From the NCBI GenBank assembly GCA_039621445.1, contig CP154954.1:47099847-47163846 (forward strand): a stretch of DNA of 64,000 nucleotides, written 5' to 3'. The position numbers and the translations under genes were made by a program. The notes beneath the pieces were generated by a model, which saw only the letters and a list, made by a program, of their open reading frames with translations, searched no databases and had not been told where the DNA came from. Source of the stretch: Euglena gracilis (lineage: Eukaryota). This document shows positions 34,801 through 47,855 of the stretch, in pieces (within the stretch, counting starts at the first letter, position 1; each line of letters starts with the position of its first letter).

Positions 34801-37800
34801 AAGAGCTATCCGGGCATCGAACCAACGTTGGTCCAGGCTGAAAATGAAAAGTCCAAAAACACATTTATTGGGTGGATGCACAATGTTCAAGGGATGCCAA
34901 AAACCATCTTTGTTCCCGGAGTTGGCTGTTCTTTATTTTATGACTTATTTTTACTAAAAAAAAAGTCAAGGTTTTCAAGGTTTTTAAGGCTTTTAAGCGC
35001 CTTAAGAAATTATTAGGCCTGCTTGCACCCCCCCCCCCGCGCACCATCCACAAAATGGTGCGAAATGATGAATTAAGGAAATACCGTCTCTTTTCTGCCC
35101 TTCCCCCCCTTTTTTCAAGCCACAATTTGTGTGGGTGCACAGCTTTAAATATCAGCAAACAGCATTTTGCAGGCAGTCCAGGCCCCATTGCTGCCACAGA
35201 GGCAGCCGCAGCGCCAGCCGCAGCAACAGCCGCCGCAAGGGCCCCAAGCAGGGATTTTTTTTTTTAAAGTTTGGGAGGAGGGGTCCATTGGACCCCCCCC
35301 CCAGGGGGGGGTGGGATGTCACGGGAGGTAGGTTCGTGGGAGGTAGGTGCCGCGGCCGGCCGGCCGTCCAACCAAAACATGGGGTTGGTTGGGCCGCGCC
35401 CGACCGCGACCCAACCATGGCCATATTTTGCTGTCAGAATTCCGATTTGGTTGGGCCCCAATCAAATTGCAAAAGGTTATCACAAAACAAAAAGATTTTA
35501 TGACGTTATTGAAGAAAATAGGGTTAGGGTTTTCCTTTTTGTGACTTCTTTTTATTTCCTTTCAAAATCCCCACAGGTTACTTAACTTAAATTGGGCACT
35601 TATACCCCCCCCCCCTGGCTAGGGCTTAGGGGGTTTTTTTTGTCACCACCCATTGATTGGGGAACCATTGTCAGAGGTTTTTTTAAAGGCTTTTCAGGCC
35701 AAGCATTTATTTTTGGGTTTGTCCCATGGTTTGTTGCCCAAAAGTTTACCAGGCCCCTCAATGTGTCCCCCATGTGGAAACAAATGAAAAACCAATCTTT
35801 TTCCCACTTTGGCTGTTTTTTTGTTTTTGATGTGGACTTTAGGGTTTTTTAAGGCTTTTTTAAAATTTTTAGTCCCCCCCCCGCTTCCCCCTTGGTGGTC
35901 GATGATACCCAAAAGGATACCCAGGGATGACTCTCACTTTTCCCCCCTTTTTTTTCCAGGTGTGGTTTGAAGATGCTAAATTTAGCAACAGCATTTTACT
36001 TGCAGTCCAGGCTGCTTGCCACAACCCAGCGCCAGCCGCAGCAACGCACCCCCAAGCAGGATTTTTTTTTAAAAATTTTGGGGTCTTTTGAACCCCCCCC
36101 CCCCCCAATGTCACGGGAGGTAGGTTCTTCGTCGGCGAGTCCCCCCCACAGTGGGGCCCCCCGGCCCGAGCCCCCAACCGGCGCTTTTTTGGTCTGGGGC
36201 CCCAATCAAACTTCACAAAATTTTATGACATTTTTGACATTTTGAAGGTTAGGGTTCCATGCAAACAGTTCAAACCTTCTCACTCAACTTCTGTATATTG
36301 GACTCTACAGGGTACTCAGCTAACCCAAAGAGCCACCCAATTAGGGTTAAAAACATGGGGGGACCTGAGCGGTGCGGAAGGCGCCGAGCGAGGGTCCCCC
36401 ATGTGTATTAACCCTAGTTGGGCGGCCTTCTGGGTTCGCTTAGTACCCTGTAGGAGCCAATTTAACCGCCATTGTGCGATGCAGTTCGCTGGGTCTGTTG
36501 TGGTTGGGTGGCCGCGGTCCAACCAAACCGAATTTCATGATTTCAGCATCGGAAATGGTTGGCCCTCAGCCCAACCAAGATTTTTTTGGGTTGGGCCGCG
36601 GCCGGCTGCGGTCCAACCAAAGCAGCAAAATGGTTGAGCGGCGCGACCCTACCTCCTACGCACCTACGTCCGCTTCCCCACCCCCCCCAGGGGAGTTCCT
36701 CCAAAGGGCTTGGTGGGTTTTGGCCACTTTTTGGCCTTTTTTGGCGCGAAGCGAATTTTTTTTGACCCCAGAATTGGCCCCCCAAAAGTGAGTCCCCGGA
36801 CCCCTCCCCCCAGGGGGGGGGTAGGGGTACCTTCTGGGTTGGTATGGGGGACCTCCCCCCGGTCTTAAAACAGTCCCTGGCCCCCAAGGCCGAGGGGGCC
36901 AGGGAGAAGCGGTCCAGCAGCCCCAGCCAGGCGAGCGAGCCGCAGCAGAAGAAGGCTCGCAGGTGTGCTTTTTTTTTCTGGATAACTGCTTGCTTTTGAG
37001 ATTTTGTTAAGTTGGCATAGGTTCATGGTGCTGGCAAATACCTTCTGCGATGCATTGGAGTAAGACAGGCATCTATTGTGGTTTTGCTGTCATGAACCAT
37101 CACTGGTTCTGCGGTATACTATTTTTTGTTGGGACCCATTTTCATCTGCAGTCCAAGGAAGAAATTACTGCAAATGATTCTGGGTGAAAATATCATGGGA
37201 ACAATATTTTGGGAGTATTTTGATTGTGAATTTTTTTGGGTAAAATGAATTTTTCATCCTGTGCCAAATCTTTTTCAGACCACATTGCAGCCAGAAAACC
37301 CTTTTCCCCAAAGTGTGGTGAGCAAACTGCTCAAAAATGAGTCACTCGCAAATATCATACACCGATGATGGCTGCTTTTGATGACTGGCCTGGTATGGCA
37401 TTTGAGGATTTCATTCGCCTTGGCTCAAGGAGGTGTTGAAAGGTGCAGAGGGAAGAAAGGCGGCGCCCTGCCGGGGGGGGGGGGGGTCTTTGTGAGGCCC
37501 TCCAGGGCCGGGCGGGGGGGGTGGGGGTAGGGCCTGTTGCCAAAAGTGCCTGGGCACTCGGGCAAGGCACTTCTGGCCAGAAACGCCCATTTTTGGGCAC
37601 TTTTTGGCACATGACCAGCAGGGGGGGATGGTGCCTGCCTGCCCAGGCATTCCAGGGCACTTGGTCAAATTCAGCCTGGTGAGGGTGTTCCCTGGATTTA
37701 GGATTGTGGTCGAAGTGAGGCTTTTTTCCTTGGACTTGAAATTGGGTGGGGGTCAAATATTATGGGAGGAAGTCACATCGAAAACTTTGATTTTCACACC

Positions 37801-40800
37801 CAAATCTATTTTTCTGGCGCTTGTTTTTTGTGCAAGTTGGAAATTGGAAAGTTGTTTGTTAGGGGAGAGGGGAGCCGACATACCTCCCCTCTCCCCCTCT
37901 TTGGCACCCTGCCTGCCCCAGGGCGGACTCCCAGGAGCGGGAGGCGGCCAAGCGGAAAGCCGCCCCGGGGCCCCACAAGGACCCGGTGCCCCGGAAGCTG
38001 TCCACCGCGACCCGCCGCGAGGCGCCGGCCCACCCGCCGCCCGGCTGGGAGCCCCCGCCGCCCCTGTGGGGCCCCCACCGGGGCGGCCCCCCCACCAAGG
38101 CCGCAGCCCAGCGGGGAAGGGAGAGGCAGGGCGACGTAAACGAGCGGTCCCACCCCGCCCGTGCATCTCCTTGCCTGGTGGGGGAAACTTGCACCCCCCG
38201 CAGATTGGCCAAAGGAGGCCGGATGAGAGCTGTGGCGGCGGAAAATTTTTCGACCATTGTTTTGCGTGTTTCCCCTCAAAATAGTCTTTTTGGAGGATTC
38301 CTTTTTTTCCTCGATTTCTTCTTGTTTGGGAAAAGACCACATGAAGAGCTTTTGCGTTCTCTTGTGTTCCCTCTTAATGCAGAGTTTTGGATCCAGGCTT
38401 CTTTTAAGGAAGGTCCCCCCCTTGGGTGGTGTGTGCAGGCAGGGGGGGGTATTTTTTTTAATAATCCCAGGGGTGTACCTTGTATGCAGGGGTGCCTGAC
38501 CATAGCAGGCACCGCTGGTCCAGACTGGGGTTGACCCAGGTAAAGTCGTTTTCGGGCTTACCCACTGCCCACCCCAAACCTGACCCTTCGGGGGATCAAA
38601 GTGCCTGCTTGGACCTGAAATATCCACCTAATTTCATGGGTTTCCTATTTTTGATGGCAAGGGATGACGATGTGGGTGCGAAGGTGGATGCCAAGCGAAG
38701 AATTGTTTGGGAGATGTCAAGTGGATGCACGGATCCGATGCACCAAGAGGGCGGAAGCCTCCGCCTCCTCCTCCGCCCCCCGAGGAAGATTGGGGACAGA
38801 CTTCAGCATTTGAAACGGAGGCCAAGGATACCTTTTGAAAACAGACTTCTTTTTAGCCCCCCCCCCCCCCAGGTCACCAATTGGAAAAAATTTTCTGCTT
38901 TCTGCCAAAAGCATGAAATGTGTTCCAAAGGTGCTTGGTTTGAGATATCCACAATGTCCTCCCACCAAATCAAGGTTCAAACGGTTCTGCAACACCGATT
39001 TTTTGAAAATATCACAAAAAAGGCAATTTTGCTGGAATCCCCCCCAAGGTCCCAATGTGGGGGATGGCAGAGTGGGTGCATGGAGGGGTTTCCCTCTATT
39101 TTCGTTGCACAGCCCCAATTTTTTTTGAACTCCAAATTGCCCCCCCCCCAAAGTGGGTGCTCCCCCTGAGAGTCCCCCTCTAAGGGGTGGGGTGGATGGG
39201 TCCGTACCCCCCAGATCCTGAAAAACCTCTGGTGCGAGGGGTGCAGTTTTTTGGCACGGTGTTTCCTATTTGCATGAATAGTGGTACAGAGCTTTGACAT
39301 GGAAGGGGTTGTGTTTTGGGGCAGGTGGAACATGAAAACAATTCGAACCATGTTTTTTTCGGACGGGGCCTAGCTTGGACCATGTATGTGCTGGCACCAT
39401 AGCAAAACGAGCAGATTTGGTCAAAGCCTGACACAATAGGCACAACTGTCATTTTGGCCATCCTGATGGGTTTTGCGGCGTTTCTTTTTTTGACGTTCTC
39501 CAGCGGCGTTTCTTTTTTGGGCATCTCCAGCGGCAGAAGTCTGTTGACCGACGACGTGCAACCCGACGCTGCCGCGAAGCACCGGAGGCCCAGCCATCGT
39601 CACGAGCAGCCGGCGGCTTCCCGTGGAAAGTGGGATGGCCCGGTGTCCTTTGCGGAGGAGCCCGCTGAGTGGGATGACCCTCCACCCCGGGAACGTGCGC
39701 CAAGGCCAGCACTCCACCCTGCTGTGTTCTTGAGACCACCGAATGAGCGTTAGTTAGTGAGTAGATTTGTGTGCCTATCATTAATTAGGGGGAGATATTA
39801 TTTATTTTGGGGTCCGTTGTTGCCCTCCCCCTTGGTGAGAAAGTGGGACTGCGCGTGTGCTTGTTTCTGACATTTCTCTTCGTCACTGCCCACATAGCGG
39901 ATATCTCCCAAAGAATGATCCCTCTGCTGCATACTGGTGAAGACAAACAAAAATGGCAGAAAAATCACCGGGTACATCCAAAAAAGGTGCATAGAAAAAT
40001 TGATGAATTGAGCCTGTATGAATTTCAAAAATTGTGGTCATTGCACAAAAAGTTACAAAAAATATTGGCCTGGAGAAATTGGCGAAAGAAATTTTGCAGT
40101 CATTTTTTGAGGTTGATAATCTAGCCCAACATCCCCCCAACCCCCCCCCCTGGGCTCTGACTTCGGTGTTCAAATCATTATTATTTAGGGGGAAACACTC
40201 AAGGGGTAGGATGTTGGTGAAGGTTTGAATTTCCAATCTTAGCAAAGCCCTCCACACCTTCCTGTTTTTTTTTCTCCCCTTTTCAGGGTGCCGATATACA
40301 TGTGGACTGAGGAGGATAGAGCTGAACACTGAAAATACAAAATGCCCAGACATGGAAATTGAAAACGGGCGATATTTCTGCCAAAAACCAGTGGGGACCC
40401 CCAGGGAATGATAGCAGCGAATAGCACACAAGAATCATGTCTTTGGAGTTGGGTCTGGGCTGCACAGGCCTCACACAATGCGCGTTGCAAGGGACCCTTT
40501 GGCACCACACCGGCAACCCTCCGTTCCGGCCATCACACGGGGAGTGCTGCCCGCAGCGGCCACGGCAGAGACAGGAGGCGGACCCTCCGCGCCGCCACGC
40601 CGACCACCGCAGCCAATGGGCCGAGGATCCCGACGAGGCTTTGTTTTCGGGCGGCCGCCGGTGGCCCTGGCAGGCCGGGGGGGGTCCAAAGCGCCCACCG
40701 TGTGAGGCACGCCACCCCAAGTGGTGGATGGGTGTCCCCCCAAGGGGGGGTCAAGCAAAGCCTGCTGGAGAGGCATACCCCGTCCCCACCGGGGGCCAGT

Positions 40801-43800
40801 ACGACCGCTACCCAGTCCCCTCCCCCCCGCGTCGGGGCCCCCTCTCCCCCCTGCGGAGGCCCACCGGGCCGCCCCCCGCCCCCCCCTCCGTCGTCGCGGC
40901 GGGATGCCGGGATGGCGCATGACCAGGGCTGAATGAGAACCCCAGAAACCTCATGGGTTTTGGTGAGTGGGGGGGGGGGGGTAGGTAGGGGTCGCCCCCC
41001 CTCAAACAGGCTTTCTCATGCAGCCCTGCGCCCGACCCCTACTCCTGGTCGCCTCCCCACCAGCCTGCCCGCAGAACCTCAACCCAGGACCCATACATGA
41101 GGCGTGCTGTGCATGCTCATTCTACTGGGAGGGGCAAATGTATATTTTTGTGTATTTCTGTTTGCCTTTTTCGATTTTGGCAAAATGTGGGGGGGTTGCG
41201 ATTTTTCGCTTCCCCCCACCGATTTCCTAATTTTTCCTGGGAATTTTTTTTGATTTGGAAAGATTGCATATTTCGGTCCAATCTTTTCTCTGAAGGATTT
41301 TCCATGCAACTTACGTTTGTTCTGTTTCCATTATGCCCCCTCTTGTGGACAGCCTGACAAAAAGCCATTGGTGAAGACACACCGGCTGCAGGCTTCTTTT
41401 TAAGCCCCCCCCCCCCCCCCGGGTGTCCCCCCCACCCACCCAGCCTGGCGCAGGACCCCCTGGACCCCCTGGCAGGACAGGGACTGAGGGCATCCCCAAA
41501 AAATTTTCGGGGCTTCGCACTGAAACCCTACCTGGGCCTCCGCCTGGGACTTCCTCCCTGGGGGGGAGGTCCCTGGACCCCCCCCCCCAGGGGGTCTTCT
41601 GACTTAAAAAAAAAAGCCTGATGCGCCGGTGCCTGGCCCGGGGTCGAGCCATTCACCCACCCACACACCCACCCACCCACCAGGCTGTAAGGCATGCCCC
41701 CCAACCCCCCCCAACCCAGGGAGTGGATCAAAGCGCCGGAAAAATTTTGGCCGTTGCATTTTCGGGCTTTTTTTTAAAAAAATCGGCCAAAATATGTGAA
41801 AAACTGGGGGGGAAGATATGGAATTTTTTGGTTCCGGGGGGGGGGGGGGGCGGGTCGGATCTGGGTCCCAGGAACTCCTGGGGGTGCCCACTAGGAAATA
41901 GTGACCAGTCGCCAGGAAGGAAGCCCCCAGAGGCTTGAGGACCAGGGGGGGCTCGGGTTTTTGGGAACAATTTTGGGTCAAAGCTTTTTTCGGTTTGTTC
42001 TTGAAATATTTGAAAACCCCCAGGACAGGGTGCTGGGTGTACAGGTTGCCATCTGGGCTTTCACGTACCTTGACTTCGCACAGAGCGTAGAGTTGTTTTT
42101 TTTTTGACTGTGGGGGGTTATGAAGAGCCAGAAAACAAAAGAAAACTGTTGGAATGAGATAAATGCAATTTCCAGCATTTTTTTTTGCAGAAAAAAGGTG
42201 ATAAGTGTCAACAGCACTGAAATCACATTTTTTTCTCTCTGCTGTTGAAAAAAGGATGATTAGCCTTTTCAAAGAAAGTGGATTCTTATGTGCTCCCAAA
42301 AAAATGAATGAGATTGGCGGGACAAAAATGCAGGAAATGACATGACCCTATCTTTTAAGGGTCGCCCCTCCCATGAAAAGAAAAACCCGTATCAGAGATT
42401 TTTTTAAAGTTTGGTTATCTGGGGCAGGGGTCCGCCCCCCCCCCCCCACGAGGGGTGGAGCGGGCCCAGTCGAGTGAAAATGAAGTTGGGGCAGCCTGCC
42501 ACAGCCCAGGGGTCTGGCTGGCCGGCCGGAAAAAGGGGCTAGCTGGACCCCCCCCCCCTTTCTTTGAGTGAGCCAGCCGGCTGCCGGGCTGGACCTGGCT
42601 GGAACCCAAAAGCCAGCAAAAGAACACAAATCCAGCTGTGTTGGGCTTTTTTTGGTCACATTGACCGTTTCCCCCTCTTTTCCTCTTCTCGGTGGACCTT
42701 AAAAATTCCGTGACCCAGTTCCCCCAACGGAAGGAGAGGGTGGCTGATGCATCCGCAGAGAGATTGACGACGTCTTACCCAGTGGATTATTTATCTGCAC
42801 AGGGAGTATGAGAGACAGTTGCCGCAACCACAACGAGAGCGCCATGGCCGGAGTTTGGGAGGTGTGTCGCCATGTCAAGAACACAGTTCAAAATAAAAAG
42901 TGGAAATGTGGAAAATGGAAAAAGTGGAAATGTGGAAAAGTAAAAAAGTGGAAAAAGTGGAAAAATACAAAGTGGAGCCCCAGTTTGTATTGGTGTCCAA
43001 TTGTATTGGTGTTCAGCGGATCCAAATATAAACCATGGAAAAGCCCTCCTGCTATGAATTCTCTTGAACCGCATTGTAGTGTCACTTTGCTTTGCGGTAG
43101 CAAAATAATGGAAAATGGAAGGCAAAAAGGGTGCCAGACCAGAGGGGTTGCTGCCAGTGCTGTGTGAGAAGCTTTGCACACCCACCCCAGCAAGTCCTTT
43201 TTTATCCAGCTCCCAATCCAGGACCAAAGATCAGAAAGAATTTGTGAGAATTTTGAAGTGCCTCGAACCACAAGAAAGAAGCCCGCGTCTTTATGGTGTG
43301 TTTTCTGTCCATGACCGACGCTGGGGTTCCCCTCTCAGGAGAGCACAGTCCTCCACACGTCAGCCGCCGGAGCCCCACTCCCCCACCGAAACGGGCCTAT
43401 GCCCCGCCCCCGCCGCCGGACGAGTACGCCGACTACCGGCGGCCGGAGCGGGAACGGCGGTGGGAGCGCCGCGACCTGGACAGCGAGCAGTACTGGGAGC
43501 AGCGGAGGGAGGAGGGCCGGGGGGAGCAGCGGGACGGCCGGGGCCGGCAGCCCGACTGGCGATGGGGTCCGGAGCCATGGAATGGCCGGCCCTATGCCCA
43601 GGCAGCAACTCCGGAGCTCCGACGCGTGAATTCTTGGTCTCGGCGTTGGGAATCCCTGTCATGCAAAGGTCCATTACAGTCTTGGACTGCCAACGGCTTA
43701 TTTCATTCTTCTGGTTGGCAGTTTTATTGGATTTATTGGCACAACAATTTTTTTCATAAATAAGTGTGCTGTGATTTTCAAGTGCCTGAAAATTCAAGCA

Positions 43801-46783
43801 AAGAAATAATGCACGCTGGGAACTGTAATGTACGTCCCCCCCCCCTGTGCTTGACATGGCTGGTCCATGACACCGCCCCCCCCCCCCCGTGTCAACCCCC
43901 GTGTCAATTTTTTTTCTTGTACCCAAAATGCCATCTTCTTTATGGTAAACCCCCCAAATATAAAGTCGGCTTTATATTTGGACAGGAGTTCAAGACCCTC
44001 AGGGGGACTTTATTTTCAGGGGGGCTTTTTTGGATGGGGGAATCCAATTTTTTAGGTGGCCTTTATGACCTTTGGCGGCCTTCAAATGTGGCCAAATACC
44101 AATTTTTATGCAAATTTTCGTTGTGCACCGCTTATTTTACTATGTGCTATTATTGTGCTATCCTATGTGCCATTATTATCCAAAATGGAGTATTTCTGGA
44201 GAAAAAGTTTTGTATCCGCCCAATTTTTTTTCTATTTTTCCTGCAATGCACCGTCGTCTGGTTCCACATGGGGGGGGCTTAATATTTGGGCAGCAAAACC
44301 AAACATCCTGGGGGGCTTCATATTCGTTGATATTTGGGGGGGGCTTTATATTTGGGGGTTTACAGGGCCCATGGCACGGCGTGTCCATCGTCCCCCCCCC
44401 CTGTGTCAACTGCACTTTCCCCGTAAAGGGGGAGAATGTAGCATCCTCCCCCCCAAGGCCCGACCCCAAGTTGCCTTAGCACCTACCCACTCAGGGAGGC
44501 CCGCCTCTTCCCCCTGTGCGGTTGACCGACAGGAGGGGGATGGGGGAGTTTGGCACCAGGGCCTGAGGTTCAAGAGGAAAATTTGCACCCACCCCGAGTC
44601 GCAAGGGGGGAAGTTTTTGCAGTTTTTGTGTGTTGCATTTCTTGCAGTATTGTTTTTATTGAGATTTTATTCATTTTTATTGACAAATTATTTTTTTTGA
44701 ATGCTTCTTTGCAGCACTTCTCTGAGAGAACACTGCACATGACAAATTTTGCGCATCTTTTGCAGTTTATGCAGTTTATTCTGGAAGTGAGAATCTTTTT
44801 GGCAGCATTTTGCTAATTCTGAAGTAATTTTGATTGCATGTGGTTTTTGTTGGTGTTTTGTGCAGTTTTTTTTTGCATTTGCAATTTTTGGGGTTGCCCT
44901 TGTGCGTATTATGCACCCTGCCGAGCCCAGCCCCTCCCCCAAGCTGCAGTGCTGTGGGCATGCGACCCCATGCCACAAGGCGCCCAATAAAAAAGCTTGT
45001 TTGACTGACCCATGAGGAGGCCTGGAGAGCTTGGGTTGAGGTTCCAGGATCTTTTTTTAAAAAAAACAAAAAAATACAAATTTTGTTTATTCAAATTTTT
45101 TTAAAAAAAAATCAAAATCAGCAAAAAAAATTCTGGGCAATGAAGGGAAGGGGTTTTTGGGAGGTTTGGTTTTTTTTTTGACAAACCCAAGGTTTGGTTT
45201 TTTTTTCAACATTGAATTGACCCAGCCGCTGAGGAGTTTGCCATTTTCCAGCCCATTTTGCTTGTTTGTCACTGTTTTCTTTTTTAAAACAAGGAATAAT
45301 GCGCCCACAAGGTGGTGAAGACGGTTTCAGTTTACAGTTGTTCGTGTTTTTCGTGTCAAAACCAACCGACCAGCCAGCAAGCCAACTCTCAGAATGCGTG
45401 GCCCACCTGCCATTTTGAAGGGATTTGCCCTACCACATAATTTACCACAACTCCGCTTCAGGCAGTTTTGTCAAGTGCCCGAGGAAATTTTGGTCTTTTG
45501 TCCAGGTTCCTTTGTCTGCAGATGGGTGGGTGGGTGGGTGCACCGCCTCCTCTGATCCCCACAAATCAAGGGGCATTTTGTCACATCCGTCCCTTTCTTG
45601 AGCATTTGTTCTGGGTGACATCCAAATGCAAGTGTGAAAGAGAGCGCAAAAAAAAATCCTCTCCTGTTTTTGTGTTCTTCTGTTTAAAAGAGGATGTTTG
45701 TGGTGCCTGAAGTTGATGAATCTGCAGACAATGGCCAGGATTATGCCAGTGCTCAGGTGCCCAGAGAGTTTTTTTTTTGGCCAACCTTTACCCGGGGAGG
45801 GTGCCTTGTACAATGGGGTGCCTGCCCGTAGTAGGCACCCCCCCCCCCTACTTGCACTAAGGTTTCTTGATTGTTCATGGCCAGTGTTAAATTCACTGGC
45901 CCAATTTGCTGTGTGGTGTTTGCTGGTGGTGAACCCCCCCCCCCCGGGACCAGGCAAAACTCCCTTGAAAATAGCCATTTTTGTGCCCCTGGCACCTTCA
46001 GCGCTGGGGGTGTTCATTGCACTCCACCCCAAAACCCTGCCCTCCCCCCCGGGGGGGGTCGAAAGTGCCCAGCGTGAACCCAAGGTAAGTCACCTCCACA
46101 ACAGACAAAAAGGGGCCAAGCACCCCCAGGGGCGCACTTCCTTGAAAAGAACACTGCCCCACCTTCCCGGGTGTCAGGGACGGGACTGCCCCTCCCCCCT
46201 CTTTTGATACCTTGCAAGGGGGAACACAAACGTGTTTTTTTGTGTTTTCGATTTTTGCAAAAAAAATTTGTGGTTTTTTCCCCAGCGATTTCCTGTTTTT
46301 TTTTGCTGGCGATTTTTGCTGAGAAATTTTTATCCCTTGGGGAAAATTCCACCTTTGGCCTGATTTTCCCCTGATACGAAGGTTTTTCGCCCAAATCTTG
46401 TTGCCGGATGAAAAACATTCTTTTAAAACTTTTCTCAGTCCTCTTTCTCAGAAAAGTGTACATCCGGAGGAGCTCCTGAAGGAATTTGCATGCAGATTGC
46501 TTTTTTTGTGCTTTTGTTGGGGTTTTTTTTTGCATTCTTGAGGGTCCACATTGTCCCCCCCCCCCCCCCTTGTGCCCCCCCCCCCCCCCGTTCGTTTGTT
46601 GGGGGTTTTGTCTATTTGCATTGGCATTGCTGGGATCCAGATTGGGCCTCTACAAGGCGGAGCGCCAGTGGGCGCCGTTCCCAAGGATGGGAGGAGAAGA
46701 CTTGGGACTCTCCTGGCCGTGCGCCCCCTGAAGGGGACGAACACAGACACACTCGTGGCAGGCACCGTGCTGCCCACAACTAG
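31814..46783 (+). CDS. Putative multi-exon gene or pseudogene for a low-complexity Ser/Arg/Pro-rich protein (RS repeats, possible decayed chromodomain-like start)
   Basis: Phase-consistent candidate exons 31814-31905, 32025-32052, 33075-33115, 33765-33912 (SRSRSKSRSRSKSRS), 35173-35245, 36886-36962, 37922-38160; less certain ~38662-38790, 39531-39694, ~40507/40557-40920; then 41034-41101 (GC donor), 42803-42861, 43339-~43620, ~46657-46783. In-frame TGA at 31896-31898. Start, end and middle junctions are uncertain. Confidence 0.55.
35246..36885 (+). other. Nonconventional intron formed by a hAT-like element with its 8-bp TSD
   Basis: GCCCC|AAG-CAGGGATTTT...AAAACAGTCCCTG-GCCCCC|AAG; removal joins RRKGP-KAEGAREKR. 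Confidence 0.78.
40921..41033 (+). other. Nonconventional intron (113 nt), MITE-like
   Basis: T|GAC-CAGGGCTGAATGAGAA...TTCTCATGCAGCCCTG-CGCCC|GAC; removes an in-frame stop and joins AGMAH-DPYSW. Confidence 0.78.
41389..41620. mobile_element. hAT-like MITE
   Basis: CAGGCTTCTTTTTAAG ... CTTAAAAAAAAAAGCCTG; TSD not preserved. Confidence 0.65.
43945..44363. mobile_element. TIR MITE of a second class
   Basis: gtaaaccccccaaatataaag / ctttatatttgggggtttac. Confidence 0.65.
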
Positions 46784-47855
46784 GGGAAGACAGCGAGAAG
46801 ATGATGCCGCTTTGGTGGAACAACAAGGGAAGGTGCGTGCGCCCCAAAAAGGTCATTTCTTTCCAACCTGCTTTGAGCCAAAAAAAATTGGCCCAGTGAA
46901 ACGGTATCTCGGGTGCATTTTTGGGGCAGAAAGACACCTTGGGCTCCACAATTTGACTGTGAAGATGCACCTGCTTCACCAGCGGCCGTGTTTATTCAGT
47001 ATGATGGATTGAGGCCTTCTGTCGGAAAAGTTGGCCAATTCGGAAGTTTTCTTTGGGAAGGGATCGGAAACCCAATAGAACAATCAGCTTTACAAAAAAA
47101 CCCCAAAGAGCTGGACCACCCCGTCCTTGGTCACCGTTTCGGGAGTGTATTCCCTTAAAAAAAAATTCTAAAGAGGAAGGGGGGACTGCACCCATTGGAA
47201 GCACAACAGCATTTAAAAAGGTCTCCGAAAAATGCCCTGTCGGGCTACACGCTTTGCCATTGCAAGGCCATGCCTTGCGCGCCTGCGGTGTTTTCTGGAC
47301 GAACCCCCGGGCCCCGCACTTCCCCCTGCGAGGCAATGCCTTGCTCGCTGGCGGCCCTGTTTGGATTCCGACGCTCGGGCTCCGCTCTTTTCCCTTGCGA
47401 GGCCATGCCTTTTTTGCGAACAAGGCATGGCCCCGAAAGGTCTTTGCGCGTCGGTGTCCCGCCCTCCCTTGTCGGTTTGCCTCGGGGGAGTGCGATCTTG
47501 GTGCCATAGGTTTGGAGGCCCCGCTCAGTGCCACCTCGCCGGGGCTGGCTGACGCCGAGCAGAGAGGAGCGCAGCGACCGGTGCGGCGCCGAAAATCGAG
47601 ACGGCTGCTTTCTTTGCGGGCTCTTTTTTTGCTGCGTGTTGTGTGCGTGCGGGGGTGCCTGTTACTGTCCTTTTTTGCTGGAGGCGACTGACTCTCATTT
47701 CTGCCGTCGATTTAAAGACAAAAGACTTTCAACTCAGCCAGCTCACCGACAAGAAATTGCGCAGCGTAATTGAACTTCTGAGACGAATTTCAAGGGACTT
47801 CCATGAGAAATGTAGTTCAAAAATTTCCAGCCGCCAAGCAGAACGTCGAAGAATT

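Noticed and set aside
241-47000. Most six-frame ORFs in the provided track (Pro/Gly/Phe/Lys-rich)
   Set aside because: They come from G/C and A/T homopolymer runs in intronic MITEs and show no protein motifs; only those overlapping the listed exons are meaningful.
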